A DNA stretch of 64,000 nt from Alloascoidea hylecoeti (taxonomy: Eukaryota): NCBI GenBank assembly GCA_001600815.1, contig BCKZ01000010.1:619506-683505 (forward strand), given 5' to 3'. The position numbers and the translations under genes were made by a program. Every line of letters begins with the position of its first letter. Position 1 is the stretch's first letter. A model generated the notes under the pieces. That model searched no databases. It was given only the letters and a program-made list of their open reading frames with translations, and was not told where the DNA came from. Below, piece by piece: positions 22,125 through 36,187 of this stretch.

Positions 22125-24814
22125 ATGGCCTCAATTGACCTTTCAACTTATGGAAAAGATATAAAACACCTTTACGATGCAATCGTAGGCAACGATCCGG
22201 GTGTTTCCTGGGCTGTTTTCAACTATGAAGTCAGCACAACTGCTCTGAAACCCGTTGAGCAAGGCTGTATGTAGTTGTTACCATGGTCTTTAACTCAATT
22301 TCTAACCTCTTTCTTGTTTTTTTTACCTATTAAGCCGGTGATCTTGACGAATTCATTGAATGTTTTGACGATGGGAAAATACAGTACGGGTTTGCTAGAG
22401 TCTCTGATCCTAACACCGTGTTACCTAAATTTGTGCTTGTTGGTTGGTGTGGCGAGGGAGTCCCCGGTATTAAAAAAGGACATTTCCCTTCTCAATTCGG
22501 CTCCGTCGCTAAATATCTACACGTATGTTATATTTCACTTCATTCTTCTATTTTATTGTTATATCTTGTTCAAAACTAATTGTTGGATCATTAATTATTC
22601 TAGAGTTACCATGTTCAAATAACTGCAAGGTCAATTGATGATATTGAGCCCTCTTTGATCTTAAAAAAAGTAGCGGATGCTTCGGGCTCTAAATATTCAG
22701 TTCATTCAAAAGCAGTCCCCGCAAAACCAAAATATTCATCTTTTAAAGGAACCTCGGGTTCACGAGAAGAAGATTGGGGCGATGATGCACCCCCAATAAC
22801 TGAGTCAACCATTCAAAAAGTACCTTCTGCCTACAAGCCAACCAAAGTCGATATTGCCTCAATTAGAGCAAAAGCTGCAGCTAAGAAAGCTCCAACCCCT
22901 GCTCCACCAAAAAGAAATGATGAACCTTTTTCAACTTCAAGTAGTTATAAACCAGTAGGAAAGGTTGATATTTCGGCTTTAAAAAATCAAGGTAGAAACT
23001 CTCCATTTGCAAGTGATAGACCTGATGTTGTTAAAGGAGCTTATGTTCCTGTTGGGAAAGTTGACATTGCCGCCATTAGAGCACAAGCTAAAGCAAGAGG
23101 TCCTAAACAATCCCCAGCTCCAACCCCAAATGCCCCGCCACCTGCCGACGAAGAGGAATACGTGCCACAATCTCTTAGTGATCGTAAAAAAGCTTTCAAC
23201 CAACCACCTAATAATAATGAAGATGAAGATTATCAGCCAAAATCCTTAAAAGAACGAATGGCTGCTTTCAATAAACCTTCTGCTACTTCTTCAAAACCTA
23301 CTCCTGCTAAAAAATCATTTACTTTTAAGAAGCCTGCTCCTGTTTTTGGTACAGTTGCTCCTACACCAGATCAATTTGGTTTCGCTCATGAATCAAAAGC
23401 AATTAGTGGTGCAAATAAAAATTTAGCTGGTACTGAATCAGGTAAAACTCCTGCTCAAATTTGGGCTGAAAAACATGGAAAAGTTTCATCACCTACTACT
23501 AGTACACCTGCTTCTCCACCACCACCATCAGTACCTCAGAGATCATTTGAAACTGCTGAAGAAGAAGAAGACGAACCTCATAAGGATATCTCATCATTAA
23601 GAAATAGGTTTGCACAGGCTTCTGTTTCTGAAAATAGATCTGTTCCTCCTCCACCCGCTCGTCAAGAAGAAGAAGAATCGTCTGATGATGAACAACCAGC
23701 TCAAATATCATTCTTAAAATCAAAAGTTCCTTCTGCAGCTTCAACACCAAATGCGGCAACTCCACCTCCACCAATGCCAGTAAGAAACTTACCACCTGCT
23801 CCAGAATCGTACAATGCACCACCGCCGCCAGCAAGAAATGTTCCTGTCAGTATTCCATTAGCTGCCCCTGTTGCTGCCGATTCTGATGAAGAGGAAGAAG
23901 AAGCTGCTCCACCTCCACCACCAAGAGCTGTTCCTGAACCATCGGCAAGTGGGTTTGGTGCACCACCACCATCGCTTCCTTCTCGTCCTGCTGCCCAAGA
24001 AGAAGCTGCTGCTCCACCCCCACCACCAAGAGCTGTTCCTGAACCAGAATCTGAGGAGGAGGAGGAAGAAGAAATTGCTGCTCCTCAGCCAGTTCGTGGA
24101 GGCAATGCAGTTGGTACCACAGCGATTGCTCAATATGAATATGAACAAACTGAAGATAATGAAATTTCATTTGATGAAGATGAAAGAATTACTGATATTG
24201 AATTTGTTGATGAAGATTGGTGGTTAGGTACAAATAATAAAGGTGAACGTGGGTTATTCCCAGCAAATTATGTTGAATTAGAAAAAGATGAACCTGTTGC
24301 TGTTGCTGCTGCTGCTGCTGCTGCACCTGCTGCTATTCCTGTCGCCCAGGAAGAAGAGGAAACAGAAGGTGATGGTCCATCAGCCATAGTTGAATATGAC
24401 TATGAAGCTGCCGAAGAAAATGAATTCGACCTCAAAGAAGGTGATACAATTTATGATATTGAATTTGTTGATGAAGATTGGTGGTTAGGTACAAATAATA
24501 AAGGTGAACGTGGGTTATTCCCAGCAAATTATGTTGAATTAGAAAAAGATGAACCTGTTGCTGTTGCTGCTGCTGCTGCTGCTGCACCTGCTGCTATTCC
24601 TGTCGCCCAGGAAGAAGAGGAAACAGAAGGTGATGGTCCATCAGCCATAGTTGAATATGACTATGAAGCTGCCGAAGAAAATGAATTCGACCTCAAAGAA
24701 GGTGATACAATTTATGATATTGAATTTGTTGATGAAGATTGGTGGTTAGGTACTTTAAGAGGTGAAAGAAAACTTTTCCCTGCTAATTACGTTACTTTAA
24801 ATGAGAAGTCTTAA
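22125..24814 (+). CDS. ABP1: Actin-binding protein Abp1 (ADF-H, Pro-rich/acidic region, 3 SH3; 3 exons)
   Basis: MASIDLS..WAVFNYE; FDDGKIQYGFARV..KFVLVGWCGEGVP; KKVADASGSKYS; YKPVGKVDI repeats; C-terminal SH3 domains; GTATGT introns at ~22268 and ~22523. Confidence 0.93.
24193..24753 (+). repeat. Exact tandem duplication, period 261 bp, within the ABP1 SH3 region
   Basis: tgatattgaatttgttgatgaagattggtggttaggtac occurs at 24193, 24454 and 24715; the two 261-bp units appear identical. Confidence 0.97.
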
Positions 24815-26597
24815 AGAAAGCAAAATAAGATACTGATATAAATATTAACAGTTAAGTTTGGTTTGAATATTTCAATTTTTATAGTTATATAAGTTTATAT
24901 TTAACAATTACATTAGATAATAATGTATTTACTTGATATAATATTGTCCATTGCAAATGCACCTCATTTCAATTTTTTTGGAACCTGTATAAATATCCAT
25001 GTATAGGTCTATTAGTTATAGCTATACATGTGTACTTCAAATGTTGAGAATACTTGTATGAATGAAGCAGTTCTAAGATTTTGGGTTATTATTTTTTTGA
25101 AAAATTATTATTTTATTATTATGCATATGGCCAATACCATAATCACAGATAGATTACTATAAAGGAAAAAGTTGTTTCTTTATAAAATGAGATTAAAAGT
25201 TATTTAGCATTCTCGCAGTCAAAGTATCAGTCCCAAAATCCCTTTTGGACCAGCTGTTCCCAAAATTTCACTTCTCAATCTTCTCGTTTTTGGATATTTA
25301 TGTTACCCGGATTGTCGGGTATTGTTTTGAGAACAATGTTCGATCATGCCGCAATTCTAACTATTATCATATTTTATCTCCCATTCTGTAGCTATCTTGA
25401 ATACTAATAGCTGGGAATCCATATGACCTACCTTCCACCAACCTAAACTGTGCTCACCAAAGCCGATCTCCAACTCACACAATAATCCGCCCATGTTCTA
25501 CATTAGCAAACTAGAAAACAGCTTGCATATGCATGCTGCAATACTTCCCCATGGCGTAGTATGTACCAGTTGCATGCATATGATTCAGAACCGAAATTTT
25601 TCGCTCCAGAAAAAAGTTGTTCATTTTTAGTAGCACTGCCACACACCATATAATATATAGACCCTATATATGTAATCAATCGTGAGTATGTATTATATAG
25701 CGCCTATAGGTTAGATTGACTATGAAGTATGAACTAGAACGTTCTACATTATAAAATATTTACTATATATGTAATTATTTTATAATAAACTAGTTTCTAA
25801 AGATAGAAGTTCTAAAGATAAACACTCTAAATATAGATAGTTATGAAATAGTTATAAAATTAATATAAAAGAAGAGCAGAATCCACTTCTTGGTTCTTCA
25901 CCTTTCGTTCTCAATCATATACACTAAGATGGTCTTCTTTTACAGAATAATGACTCGACCAAAGAAAATAAATTAGTTAAAAGGCAAAGAATATTGATCG
26001 TGGAGCCTAGAATTATTATCTTAGGATTTCAAAAGTCTGGTTCCACGGTATCGTGCTTAATCATAAGCTTACGGTACCAAGCCTCTCCGTTGCAATTGTA
26101 TTGCCACCGCCACAAAAAAAGTATGCGAAACATCTAAAGCGGTGAATTTCAACACACTAGGTATGGTATGAGAATGCATATGTATATGCAATCATGCAGT
26201 CAAGTATCGCATATGGCTTGTCATCACTTTTTAGATCATTCAATCAAGATCACCGAAATTAAGTGGAATGACTGTAAAACAGCTTATGGATATGGAAAAA
26301 TATTGAAAAAAGAAGAAATATTTAAGATTTATAATAAAAACAGTACCAAAAATATCAAGATAAATTATTTCGTATATATCCATTCAAAGAGCAAACAATG
26401 TCTAGATAATTAAACAGTAATAACAAACATAAAAAACGGTCGCAAAAACATAGTTCGCCTAAAAATGATTTTATTAATCCCATATTTATAAGAGAAAAAT
26501 TCATCAATTGCTTCGTGTGAAGGAAATAAGTATTAAGGCACTAGCTGCACTAAAGGTACAGTACAGACTAATCATAAGAAAGTTAATCAAAAAAAAC

Positions 26598-27374
26598 CTA
26601 CAAGAGGTTAAAGAACCAGAATCTTCTTGCTAATGAAGAAGTACTAGTAGATGAAGTAAGTGGTTCTGTTCCGTTAATTGATGTGATTCCGCTAGCAGAT
26701 GCATATGCATATAATGCAGTTGTGGTTGGAGCCACAATGTTAATAGAACTGGCTTGTTCCACGGCAACTGAGGTTGTACCAACTGTGCCGTTACCAAAGT
26801 AATATTGTGTAGAAATTGTAGTGGCCATGGAGTCAAGATGTGAGGTTGTAGTTGTAGTTCTTGTAACTGTTGTCTCAGACTCAGATGTAGTAGATGCACT
26901 AATAGTTAAGGTCAGAGTTGCGGTCTTAGTTTGAACTACATCAGTAGTTGTTGGAATGACAGTAAGAACTGATCCGACAGAATCCGTAACAGTAATATCT
27001 GCAGTAATAGGAATGGTTTGTGTAACGACAGATGTCAAATAGACAGTTGAATCATCTGTAGCGGCAGTAGTGGCACCACATTGTGTTACCGTTGTTGTTA
27101 CACCGGCATCAGTAACAGTAACAGTAGCGGGACTTTGCAATTGAACTTCCTTTTCCGAATCAGCAGTTGAAACGTATAAATCAGATGTAGCAACTGAATC
27201 GGAACTGGAACTAGAAACAAGAGTATAAGTCACTGAGATGGTACTTGTGGTAGTACCTGTTGTGAGTGAATCATCAGTGTCATTTGAGAAGTATGATCTG
27301 GCATACAACCCATTTGAAGAAGCAGACACCAGTGAAATGATACATGAAGTAGCGAATAATTTATTGAAAAGCAT
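26598..27374 (-). CDS. Secreted Ser/Thr-rich cell-wall protein (Svs1/Srl1-like)
   Basis: Signal peptide; very Thr-rich; YFSNDT, TVTQCG and YYFGNGT sequon-bearing motifs. Confidence 0.65.
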   Translation of the reverse strand: MLFNKLFATSCIISLVSASSNGLYARSYFSNDTDDSLTTGTTTSTISVTYTLVSSSSSDSVATSDLYVSTADSEKEVQLQSPATVTVTDAGVTTTVTQCGATTAATDDSTVYLTSVVTQTIPITADITVTDSVGSVLTVIPTTTDVVQTKTATLTLTISASTTSESETTVTRTTTTTSHLDSMATTISTQYYFGNGTVGTTSVAVEQASSINIVAPTTTALYAYASASGITSINGTEPLTSSTSTSSLARRFWFFNLL

Positions 27375-30264
27375 TTTTATTGTAATTGGAAAGAGTTAAT
27401 TTGAAGATATATATTTTTAGTAAAGAGTGTTAGATATTTTAAAAGAGTGTGAGTTAGAATGAGTTAAAGACCAGCTTTAAAGAAATAATATCGATTGATG
27501 AATTAACGAGAGACTATGAAAAGATATTGATTAGAAGAAAAGAAGGAGTAGTTTCAGGAAATAAACACATTTTATATTGATCTTTAGAGTTTCGAAGGAG
27601 TTAACAAAAAAATATTGGCACCTGCATAATGCCTACATGTACATGAGCATGCATATCGCGTTTTCAATATCGATCACATTTTATTTTGCATTTAGCACCA
27701 GCGCTTAAATTTGTCATGATATCCGTTTAAAGACAAATTCGTACCATTTATCTCCCTTCAAAAGGTAATCTGATTACCAAATAAGGATCAACAAATGTAG
27801 TCTCCCAAATCATACAAAGATAGCCGTTTTTTCCTTCATACGGCTTTGTATTTTGTTTGTTGTAAAATAATAAATTGTTGTTTTCCATTAATTATCATTT
27901 TCGCTACCTGTATATACGCCTTTTATTTCCCTTAAAATTTGATTTTGATATCAAAATTGACTCTCTACTGTTGATCATACATATTTCGCAATATATAATT
28001 CCTCCCAGTATATTAGATAACGTAAGACAAGAAACCTGGACCCGGGAATGTAAATAATCAATAAGACAATTGCAATATATAATATTGGCATCGATCGCGA
28101 AGATAATATGAACCCAGTCAAACATATTCAGTGGAGAACAATAAGTGTTAATAAATTTGCATGATGTTCACCAAATTATAAACCTTTTCAATACAAGTAA
28201 CCGTAAGCTAGAAATCGAAGCTTAAGATTATAAGGTCAATGTCAAAAGTATACCACATATACCTAGGCTAGGTAGCTATATAATTTTCATCGGTTGCAAA
28301 TCCGACTATGCATATTAGAATGTGGGCTCATTTCATAACCAAGTCAAAATAAAGTTTGATTTTAACTGCTTTCCCGAACGAACGACCTTGGATTTATGTC
28401 CCAAATCAAAATTAAAAAAAATGACGAAATTATGAGGCGTATGAATATACATATAATGACTAATTATAACGAGTTGAAATAAAGTCAAGATTGATATCAG
28501 TTGTGAGAACTTCTGCTGGTCACATCAAATGAATTATCTTGTTATCTGTGCAGATACAGTTATTAATCACTTACATTAGATATGACTTAGATAGATCAAT
28601 TAAGAATCATACTAGTACTAGTACTGAGTCTATTGACACTAAATTGTAAAAATATTAATATGTAATTGTGACGCAAAACTAACAATTTCAAATGTTTGAA
28701 GGGGCAACTTTAACTTACTGGATCACAATATGCGTATATATATATACTGATATCATCAGTACAATCAATATAATGAATATGAGTGATGGGAGAAATTTAA
28801 CAAATGTCTTAGACAGGGTGCTCAAGTACCTGCAGCTGATAATTAATTATATGCCTATTGGTATGTAAAAAATAAAGGCTTAGACTATACATATATAGTA
28901 TATCTATATTATCTACCTTCTAATATATTATAAAGTGAGTACTAAGTATCAACATTGAGGACGCTCAGAGAGCTCGAGCATCATGTAAGGATTATTTAAA
29001 CTAGATACGGGATTAGAAATTTATAAAACCTATAACCCACTATCTATATTATTACTAGGATTAAACGTTAACCCCCAGCTGAATAGTTCATCTGCTAGCT
29101 GGCGAATAAATGCGTGTAGTAGTGAAACCATACATACCAATATGAATTATAGAATTGTTTCTTTTTTATATAGCTCAAGCTTCAAATGATCTAGACATCG
29201 GCTTGTAAAAGTCTTAAAGTTCTTTACTTACATATCGATATCTAGAGTCAATAAAAAGCTGAAGATTTAGATATGATTATAATGATCTTAAATATTATAG
29301 ACTGTATATATGGAAGATATTACCAAAGATAAGCTTTTTTTGCAGCCACCCTTTCAAAAAGAAATGCAATATTATACGTATACAGCATACTCTACAAGCC
29401 CTTAAACTGCGTAATATTCTGTAGATAATATAGGTAATATTAGTGTTGCTTCCCTTAACCCTATAAGCCTTAAATAGGGTTAAGCCTTAAATGGCTGTCG
29501 CTATACGATGTATGGACAACCAATCGATATATCTGATCCATGAGATCCCAATATTTTGAAAGAGACATAAGTTTTTATTCATTTTCCAAATAAGTATGTG
29601 ACTCTTAGAAATTTCATCAAATGACCCCTTCCAGAAGTTCTATTTAGGAACGTGTGGTGATTCGTTTTTCCCTGCTATTAGGATTGTTTAGTACGACCTT
29701 CTTTCCAAATTCCAGCCCATACCCATGAGACTTAAAGACCCAGACTTCCTTATATTATAAATATTTTGAAGTTCAAAGTTCTGGTCGACTTTTGTAGAGC
29801 TTATATCTTTTCCAGATCCGGATCCTGTAACGACCCAACTGTTGGTTATACGTCACACACTTCACAATCAGTTAATCAGCTGTTTGGCATAATGCCACTA
29901 AATACAGCACCATCTCAAGCGAGATCACTTCAATCTATCCTTAAAGCATATCATTATGTTCCTTTGGAATTCTCATCCATAAAAAGGCTTTTACAGGCTA
30001 TTTGTTCGAGGAGGTGTCAACAGGAGAAGACTTTCTGGGTATATCTTTACTATGGGCTTCCTAGTTGTAATATTATGCCTTCTGTTTATTTCACCAATTG
30101 AGAAGCCATGTTTCCTCCGATTACTAATGATTTTCCACTTAGATGAGTGGGAGGGTTACAACATCATTATTAATATAATATGTATCAATTCATAATAAAG
30201 TAATATATCTATAAATTAATTAAAATATTATTAAGCAACTTCAATTTTAGAAGTTTTCGATTTT

Positions 30265-32464
30265 TTAATTGTCCATGGGTGGTGGTGAATCCTTAAACTT
30301 CTGATTTTCTAACAATAATTTTTGAAAAAATGTTGACACTATGTCTTTTTGTGGAGTACTCATTGCAGCCGTTGAAGGTCTTCCCGAAGAACGACGACGA
30401 TTAGGAGTTAGCATTGGTGTATTTGCTTCCTATTTATGATTATTAAAAGCATTAGTTAGTAAGAATGCATATATTTAATTATTGAGTTAAATATGAATTT
30501 GGATACTTACCCTAATTCGTCTAAATGTTTCTCTAGCATTAGCAATATCACTTTCATCTGTAAATGAATTTTCAGTGGATGATGAGTATTCTAATCTTGA
30601 AACTTCCTTCATTAAATAACTTTTATTAGATTCTTCCTTCTCTGAGACTGAGGGATCTTTTTTAATTATAGACTCTTCCATAGCTTCATAATGATCTTTT
30701 AAGAACTTTTGAAATGAAAGTACTTCTAGATCTGCAGACGAATTAGAAAGTTCTATAGAAGATTCTTCTGCTTCTTTATCCTGACTCGATTTCTGTTTAG
30801 CTTCTGGTACTTTATTCTGATATAAATTTTGTAAAACCATAAAAACGCTATGGGAAAGCGATTGTAGTTGCACTTGTTTGTTATCATTATCATTCGTATC
30901 TCCAATAACTATCATTCCATTTCTATTTTGAAGGTTCAAATCTGGCTCATTATCAATAATTGACATGTTAACAAGTTCTCTCCATAACTTACTATAAGTT
31001 TCAATGTCAAAATTTGGATTCAATGATAATATTTTGTCCCAGGTATCCCACCAAGGAAGCGTGAATAAATCAGTTAAACTTGCACCTCTAGGTTTTAATT
31101 CTATTAACGTATCATTAGGTGAGGCTATCGGCAATGATAGTAAAGTAGATATTAAATGAGATAATGAATCATTAATAGGATTCACATATTTGGGAATATA
31201 GAGAATAGAACCACCATCTAATTTTATGATTAGTTATAACACCAAAGAAATGAGAAAAAGGATTGGTTTGATGGAATGAGTAAACTAGTCGTCGTTAAAC
31301 ACTTACGTGATAGGGCAATTGTTCTTAATATCTGTTGGATATATTCGAATATCTCATGCTTCCAGGCATACTCATGTTCTAATTCTGTAATATGATCAGA
31401 CTATGTATTAATTGTAAGATTAGTAATTATAAGAAGATTTAATTATAGTGAACAGTAAAGTGTATAAACATACCCCAATGACAGAAATGATTAGATTAAG
31501 TCCTAACGGATCATTGAAAATTCCATCTTCAAATGTTATATCAATATCTTTTAAATTATCATCATTTTTTAAATCTGATGATTGAAATTTCAGGAACTTT
31601 CTTCTCACTAAATTTAAATAGAAATAAATTATGTCAGTATCTTCCTTTGAGGTCAAGATTAGCCATGAGTCCATTAGCAAATTTTATGGAATCAAACATA
31701 CACTTTTTGTTTAATTTCATTATATTGTCAATATTAGAATTAGCAACATCCTTTAAAAAGCGTATCCATAAAGATAATATTTTAATCCATTGACTTGGCT
31801 CTTTAGTCCAATCTAATAAAATAATAACGACCAAGTCATCAGATAGAGTAGAAATACTATCATCTTTGAATATTTTTGATTTTAGTGTTTTTTCAAGGTA
31901 TTTTTGTGGTCCTTGTTCTGGTTCGTTTGGAATTGTGTAAATGTCTAAATGTGATAATATGTCTATAATATAATTAAATGAGTATGTTGGTTAGAATTTA
32001 GTTACTTATAAATTCGAAGGTAATTACCAATTCAACAATCAGCTTATATTATATACACTTACCATTTGTTTCCGAGTCTTTATAATTATGATAAGTATAT
32101 CCAATTCCAAAAGAATTTGCAATTTTAATGTTGTCATTTTCAGTTACAAGATTTTTTAAATCAAATGAATTTGAAGTGAATCTTGGTGTTAATGTCCGAG
32201 GAGCATTTGGTTTAGGAACTTGTCTGATTCTATTTATTAAATCACGTTGAGCAGTTGGATCTCCACCTATAAACCGGAAAATTTTATGAATTAGTTAACG
32301 TTATAATATCGATATAAATTATAACAAATCTGGATATTTATATAACATAAGTTATGTGTAAGTAACCATGCCCACTCACCTAGCAACAGAATGGATTTTG
32401 AGGGTGGTCTCTTTATTGAACCAGAGGTATTCAATAAACTTGACCATATGGGTGTTTGTGACAT
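30265..32464 (-). CDS. DYN3: Cytoplasmic dynein light intermediate chain (~6 exons)
   Basis: MSQTPIWSSLL..SKSILLLG/GDPTAQ; GYTY; LLDWTKEPSQWIKIL; PLGLNLIISV; QQILRTIALSHGGSILY; PWWDTWDKILSL; FFQKLL. Canonical introns join the ORF fragments. Confidence 0.8.
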
Positions 32465-32884
32465 GATATTATACGACAAAAGATATTATTTGGTGTTTTT
32501 TGATTTTAGCAGTCTGTTTATGTTTGTTGATATGATATTAATATTATAATATATGTAATGCAACACGTTACGAGGATTTACGAGAGATGTGGAAATTATA
32601 AAAATAAAACTTAATTATCCAGATGTGGATTTTTAACACTATTTTCCTTTGCCAATGGAAACATTTAGTTCACCACAAGAATTAAACGCATATTTATATA
32701 TATAATATGACATTTGAAGCTTCTTTAAACAATAAAATCATCAATTGTTTCCTCTTTTTTGCAGGAAGTGCACTGTTAAAACTGTAGTTTCACAGTTCAC
32801 CTAACATCCTTACAACGGCCAACTTCTGTTGGGATACGTTAAACTTTTCATTTCTTCTCATTTTAATACTATTAAAACCAACTA

Positions 32885-35551
32885 ATGAGTTTTTTGAAGA
32901 TTCGGCAATTCTTATCCCCAAAAAATGATTCAAATGAACAAGAAATAACCCCTAAAAACAGCAGAAAAAATAATGGTAAGGGAAGTTCAAGTTTAAATAA
33001 TGAAATCACACCCATTTTCAGCAGTAACGATAATGCTAATATAAAATCAGATATGTTTGGGAAAAATTTAAGGTTAATTGAGTGTAACGACGAAGCTGAC
33101 AGTGAACAAGAAGGTAAACTTGGGAATGAAGATCGTACGACTCAAGGTGTTATAACCTTGGATGAATCTACAGATTCAGACAAAAATAATAATCGTAATA
33201 TAATCACACAACAACCAAGTCCAACCCGGAATATAAAGAACCGTGGAATTAAAAGCGAAGTAATAGAAGAGGACAGCAATATTAATTCAAAGAAAAATTC
33301 ACATGAAACCCCAGACTTAACTACTTCTACTTTCTCCACTACTCCTGAAGATAAAGTTTCCGAAAAGCCAGATCAGCATATTGGATCAAAATTAAGATCA
33401 AAATCAAAAGAAGATCCAACATTAAATTCAAATTTAAATTCAGACTTTGATTCAGATTCAGATTCCGAAGATTCAATAACCGCAGAAATGGAACTTATAG
33501 GTCGATTTTTCTTCCCTTTACAAGCACTACCACCTCTTAGAATCCCGAAAACGATCACCAATTTTGGTTCAAACATTTCAACTAATATCCAACAACATAC
33601 AGGAATAAATGGAAATAGCACTCAAATTGAAGATCAAGAAGAAAATAATACTAGCTCAAGAAGACCTTTATTTGTACTTCCAAAATTTGAACTTCCTGAA
33701 CTTCCTGAGTTATCTGATATATTAGATTTCACATCATTGCAAGATTCATTGCAATCAAACAAAGAAAACGTTAAAGAATTTATTGAAAATTTAAAAGAAG
33801 CAATGGATGATTTTAATGCTGAGATTTTAGCTCGTGATATCTACAATGATGATGATTTTAAAGATGAAGATTATTTTGATAACAATAATGACATCGACAA
33901 TAATCAAGACAATGGTAAAAATTCTCATCCTCGTGCACATGTTAACTCAATAGTAGGTACCTCAAGGATTGATGCAAATGACAGCAATCCTAATGACGAT
34001 GTTATACCTGGTGGTATTATAGCAGCTATACAACCAGAAACCTCACCTCCTATAAATCAAGTTATACTACCTCAAAGCGCGGTTAGAGAAGAGATTTTAC
34101 GAAGACGAAGAAGGAGACATAAGAAACGGCTACATAAATTACAGAATCAACAACATCAGGAACAAGAAGAAATAGAGGTGCAAGTGGCTTCTTCATCAAC
34201 CAATGCTCATAATTTCGAAAATAATGCATTTTCAAATTCTCCTTCAATGGCTTCAATAATTAGTGCTGTCGAAAAAGAAGATGTTCCTGAAGCTAGTATT
34301 GATCAGCAGATTGAGTTACGAAAACAAATTTTATCTATATGGCGTCAAAAGGGAGTATCTAATCGAGTTAAAGATAAATTAATCCAAACTTTAATGACTG
34401 AAGTTTATTATAAATCTAAAGCACAAGTTGGAGTAGAAAAAGATGAGGAAGAAGACGATTATGATGATAGTGATTATGATTCAAATGATGACCTCGGTTA
34501 TACTAGTAATGAATCTGATGATGGAATAGATCCTGTTTCAACTTCTAGTCAATCATTAACAATTCAACATGGACACAATCATATAAAAACTATTAAACAA
34601 ACTTGGTTTAATAAATCCGAAGGAATTTTAGGATGTCAACATTATCAAAGAAATTGTCAAATTCAATGCTCAACATGTAATAAATTTTATACATGCCGAT
34701 TTTGTCATGATTCCAAAGAATCATCACATAAATTAATAAGATGTGATATATCAACAGTTCGTTGTATGTTATGCAATAAACTTCAACCTGCTACATCAAA
34801 TGAATGTATTCAATGCCATGAAATTTTATCATATTATTTTTGTGATATTTGTAAACTATATGATAATGATTCAACAAAAGAAATTTATCACTGTGATGAT
34901 TGTGGTATATGCAGAATTGGTGATCCCGATCAATTTTTTCATTGTATTAAATGTAATGCATGCATTTCAAATCAATTAAAAGATAGTCATAAATGTATTG
35001 AAAAATCAACAGAATCTGATTGTCCAATTTGTGGTGAATATATGTTTACATCAATTTATAAGGTTGTTGTTATGCCTTGTGGCCATTCAATTCATGAAAA
35101 GTGTTATAATGAATATGTTAAACAATCTTATAAATGCCCAATATGTTTAATGACAATTATCAATATGCAAGCACAATTTAGAATTTTGGATATTGAAATC
35201 TCAAGACAAAAAATGCCTAATCCTTATTGTAATTGGAGATGTGTTATTTATTGTAATGATTGTTATGCAAAAGATAATGTTCCCTTCCATTTTCTTGGAT
35301 TGAAATGTTGTAATTGTCGAAGTTATAATACCGTTCAATTGAAATTAATTAAACCTATTAGTGATAGTGATGAAGAATATGATGATGATGATGATGATGA
35401 TGATGAAGGATTGCATGAGGAACGACTGAGAAATTTAATGAATAGCAGTGGAAGACAAAGGCATAGCATTGAGGAGGCAAGAGCTCCTGAGATTGACATC
35501 ACAATGGAAGTTGAAGGACCTCAGGCAATTTATGGCAATTTTTTGCAATAA
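32885..35551 (+). CDS. CHY zinc finger / RING E3 ligase (Pirh2/RCHY1-like) with long acidic N-terminus
   Basis: LGCQHYQRNCQIQCSTCNKFYTCRFCHD (CHY); CPICGEYMF..CGHSIH..YKCPIC (RING-H2); C-terminal zinc ribbon FHFLGLKC..CRSYNT. Confidence 0.9.
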   Translation: MSFLKIRQFLSPKNDSNEQEITPKNSRKNNGKGSSSLNNEITPIFSSNDNANIKSDMFGKNLRLIECNDEADSEQEGKLGNEDRTTQGVITLDESTDSDKNNNRNIITQQPSPTRNIKNRGIKSEVIEEDSNINSKKNSHETPDLTTSTFSTTPEDKVSEKPDQHIGSKLRSKSKEDPTLNSNLNSDFDSDSDSEDSITAEMELIGRFFFPLQALPPLRIPKTITNFGSNISTNIQQHTGINGNSTQIEDQEENNTSSRRPLFVLPKFELPELPELSDILDFTSLQDSLQSNKENVKEFIENLKEAMDDFNAEILARDIYNDDDFKDEDYFDNNNDIDNNQDNGKNSHPRAHVNSIVGTSRIDANDSNPNDDVIPGGIIAAIQPETSPPINQVILPQSAVREEILRRRRRRHKKRLHKLQNQQHQEQEEIEVQVASSSTNAHNFENNAFSNSPSMASIISAVEKEDVPEASIDQQIELRKQILSIWRQKGVSNRVKDKLIQTLMTEVYYKSKAQVGVEKDEEEDDYDDSDYDSNDDLGYTSNESDDGIDPVSTSSQSLTIQHGHNHIKTIKQTWFNKSEGILGCQHYQRNCQIQCSTCNKFYTCRFCHDSKESSHKLIRCDISTVRCMLCNKLQPATSNECIQCHEILSYYFCDICKLYDNDSTKEIYHCDDCGICRIGDPDQFFHCIKCNACISNQLKDSHKCIEKSTESDCPICGEYMFTSIYKVVVMPCGHSIHEKCYNEYVKQSYKCPICLMTIINMQAQFRILDIEISRQKMPNPYCNWRCVIYCNDCYAKDNVPFHFLGLKCCNCRSYNTVQLKLIKPISDSDEEYDDDDDDDDEGLHEERLRNLMNSSGRQRHSIEEARAPEIDITMEVEGPQAIYGNFLQ

Positions 35552-36187
35552 ATCAAGATATAAATAAATGTTGATTATTTGTGAAAATTAATAATACAAA
35601 AAAGCATAATAAGTTCAGCATATATATGGGTTATAATGGATAATGTTTTCATTTTTTTTCGATAGCTATATAGATTAAAAGTCAAAAATATGGCATTAGG
35701 TTGCGTGTAATATCTTTTTTAAAGATATAAAGCTACTTGTATTGTTAAGACTATTTGATTACTATGAGAACTATGTAGAACTTAAACTAAAAGGAAATCT
35801 GAAGGGTATTTATATCCATCGATGGGGCATACAAATATTACTATAGACCATTTTAACTAGCTAGTACTTCAACGTTACTTCGTTAAAGAAGGTTCTAATA
35901 AATCAATTTATAATATAATACATTGCGATACATCTACACATAAATTTTTATCGTCATTCTACATCTACTTCTAGAGATGTGTGCTAACCACAAGCCTTAA
36001 CTTCCCTTAAGCTTAAGCTTTATGATTAATATACAATGGGAGATAAGAGTATACATGTGTCGAGGATACATATCTAGTGTGAAACTTCATATAGTGAGGG
36101 GTAAAAAAATAGAATATTATTATGTATTTATTCAAAAATTCACAACTTCAACAATCAATTACATCATACAATCAGCAAGCGTGACTC

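Noticed and set aside
22979..24227. Alternative-frame and antisense ORFs within ABP1
   Set aside because: By-products of Pro/Ala/Glu-biased codons.
25200..29480. Many short palindromes and hairpins in long intergenic tracts (e.g. 29455-29485)
   Set aside because: Individually too short in AT-rich DNA; no tRNA, telomere array or defined element recognised.
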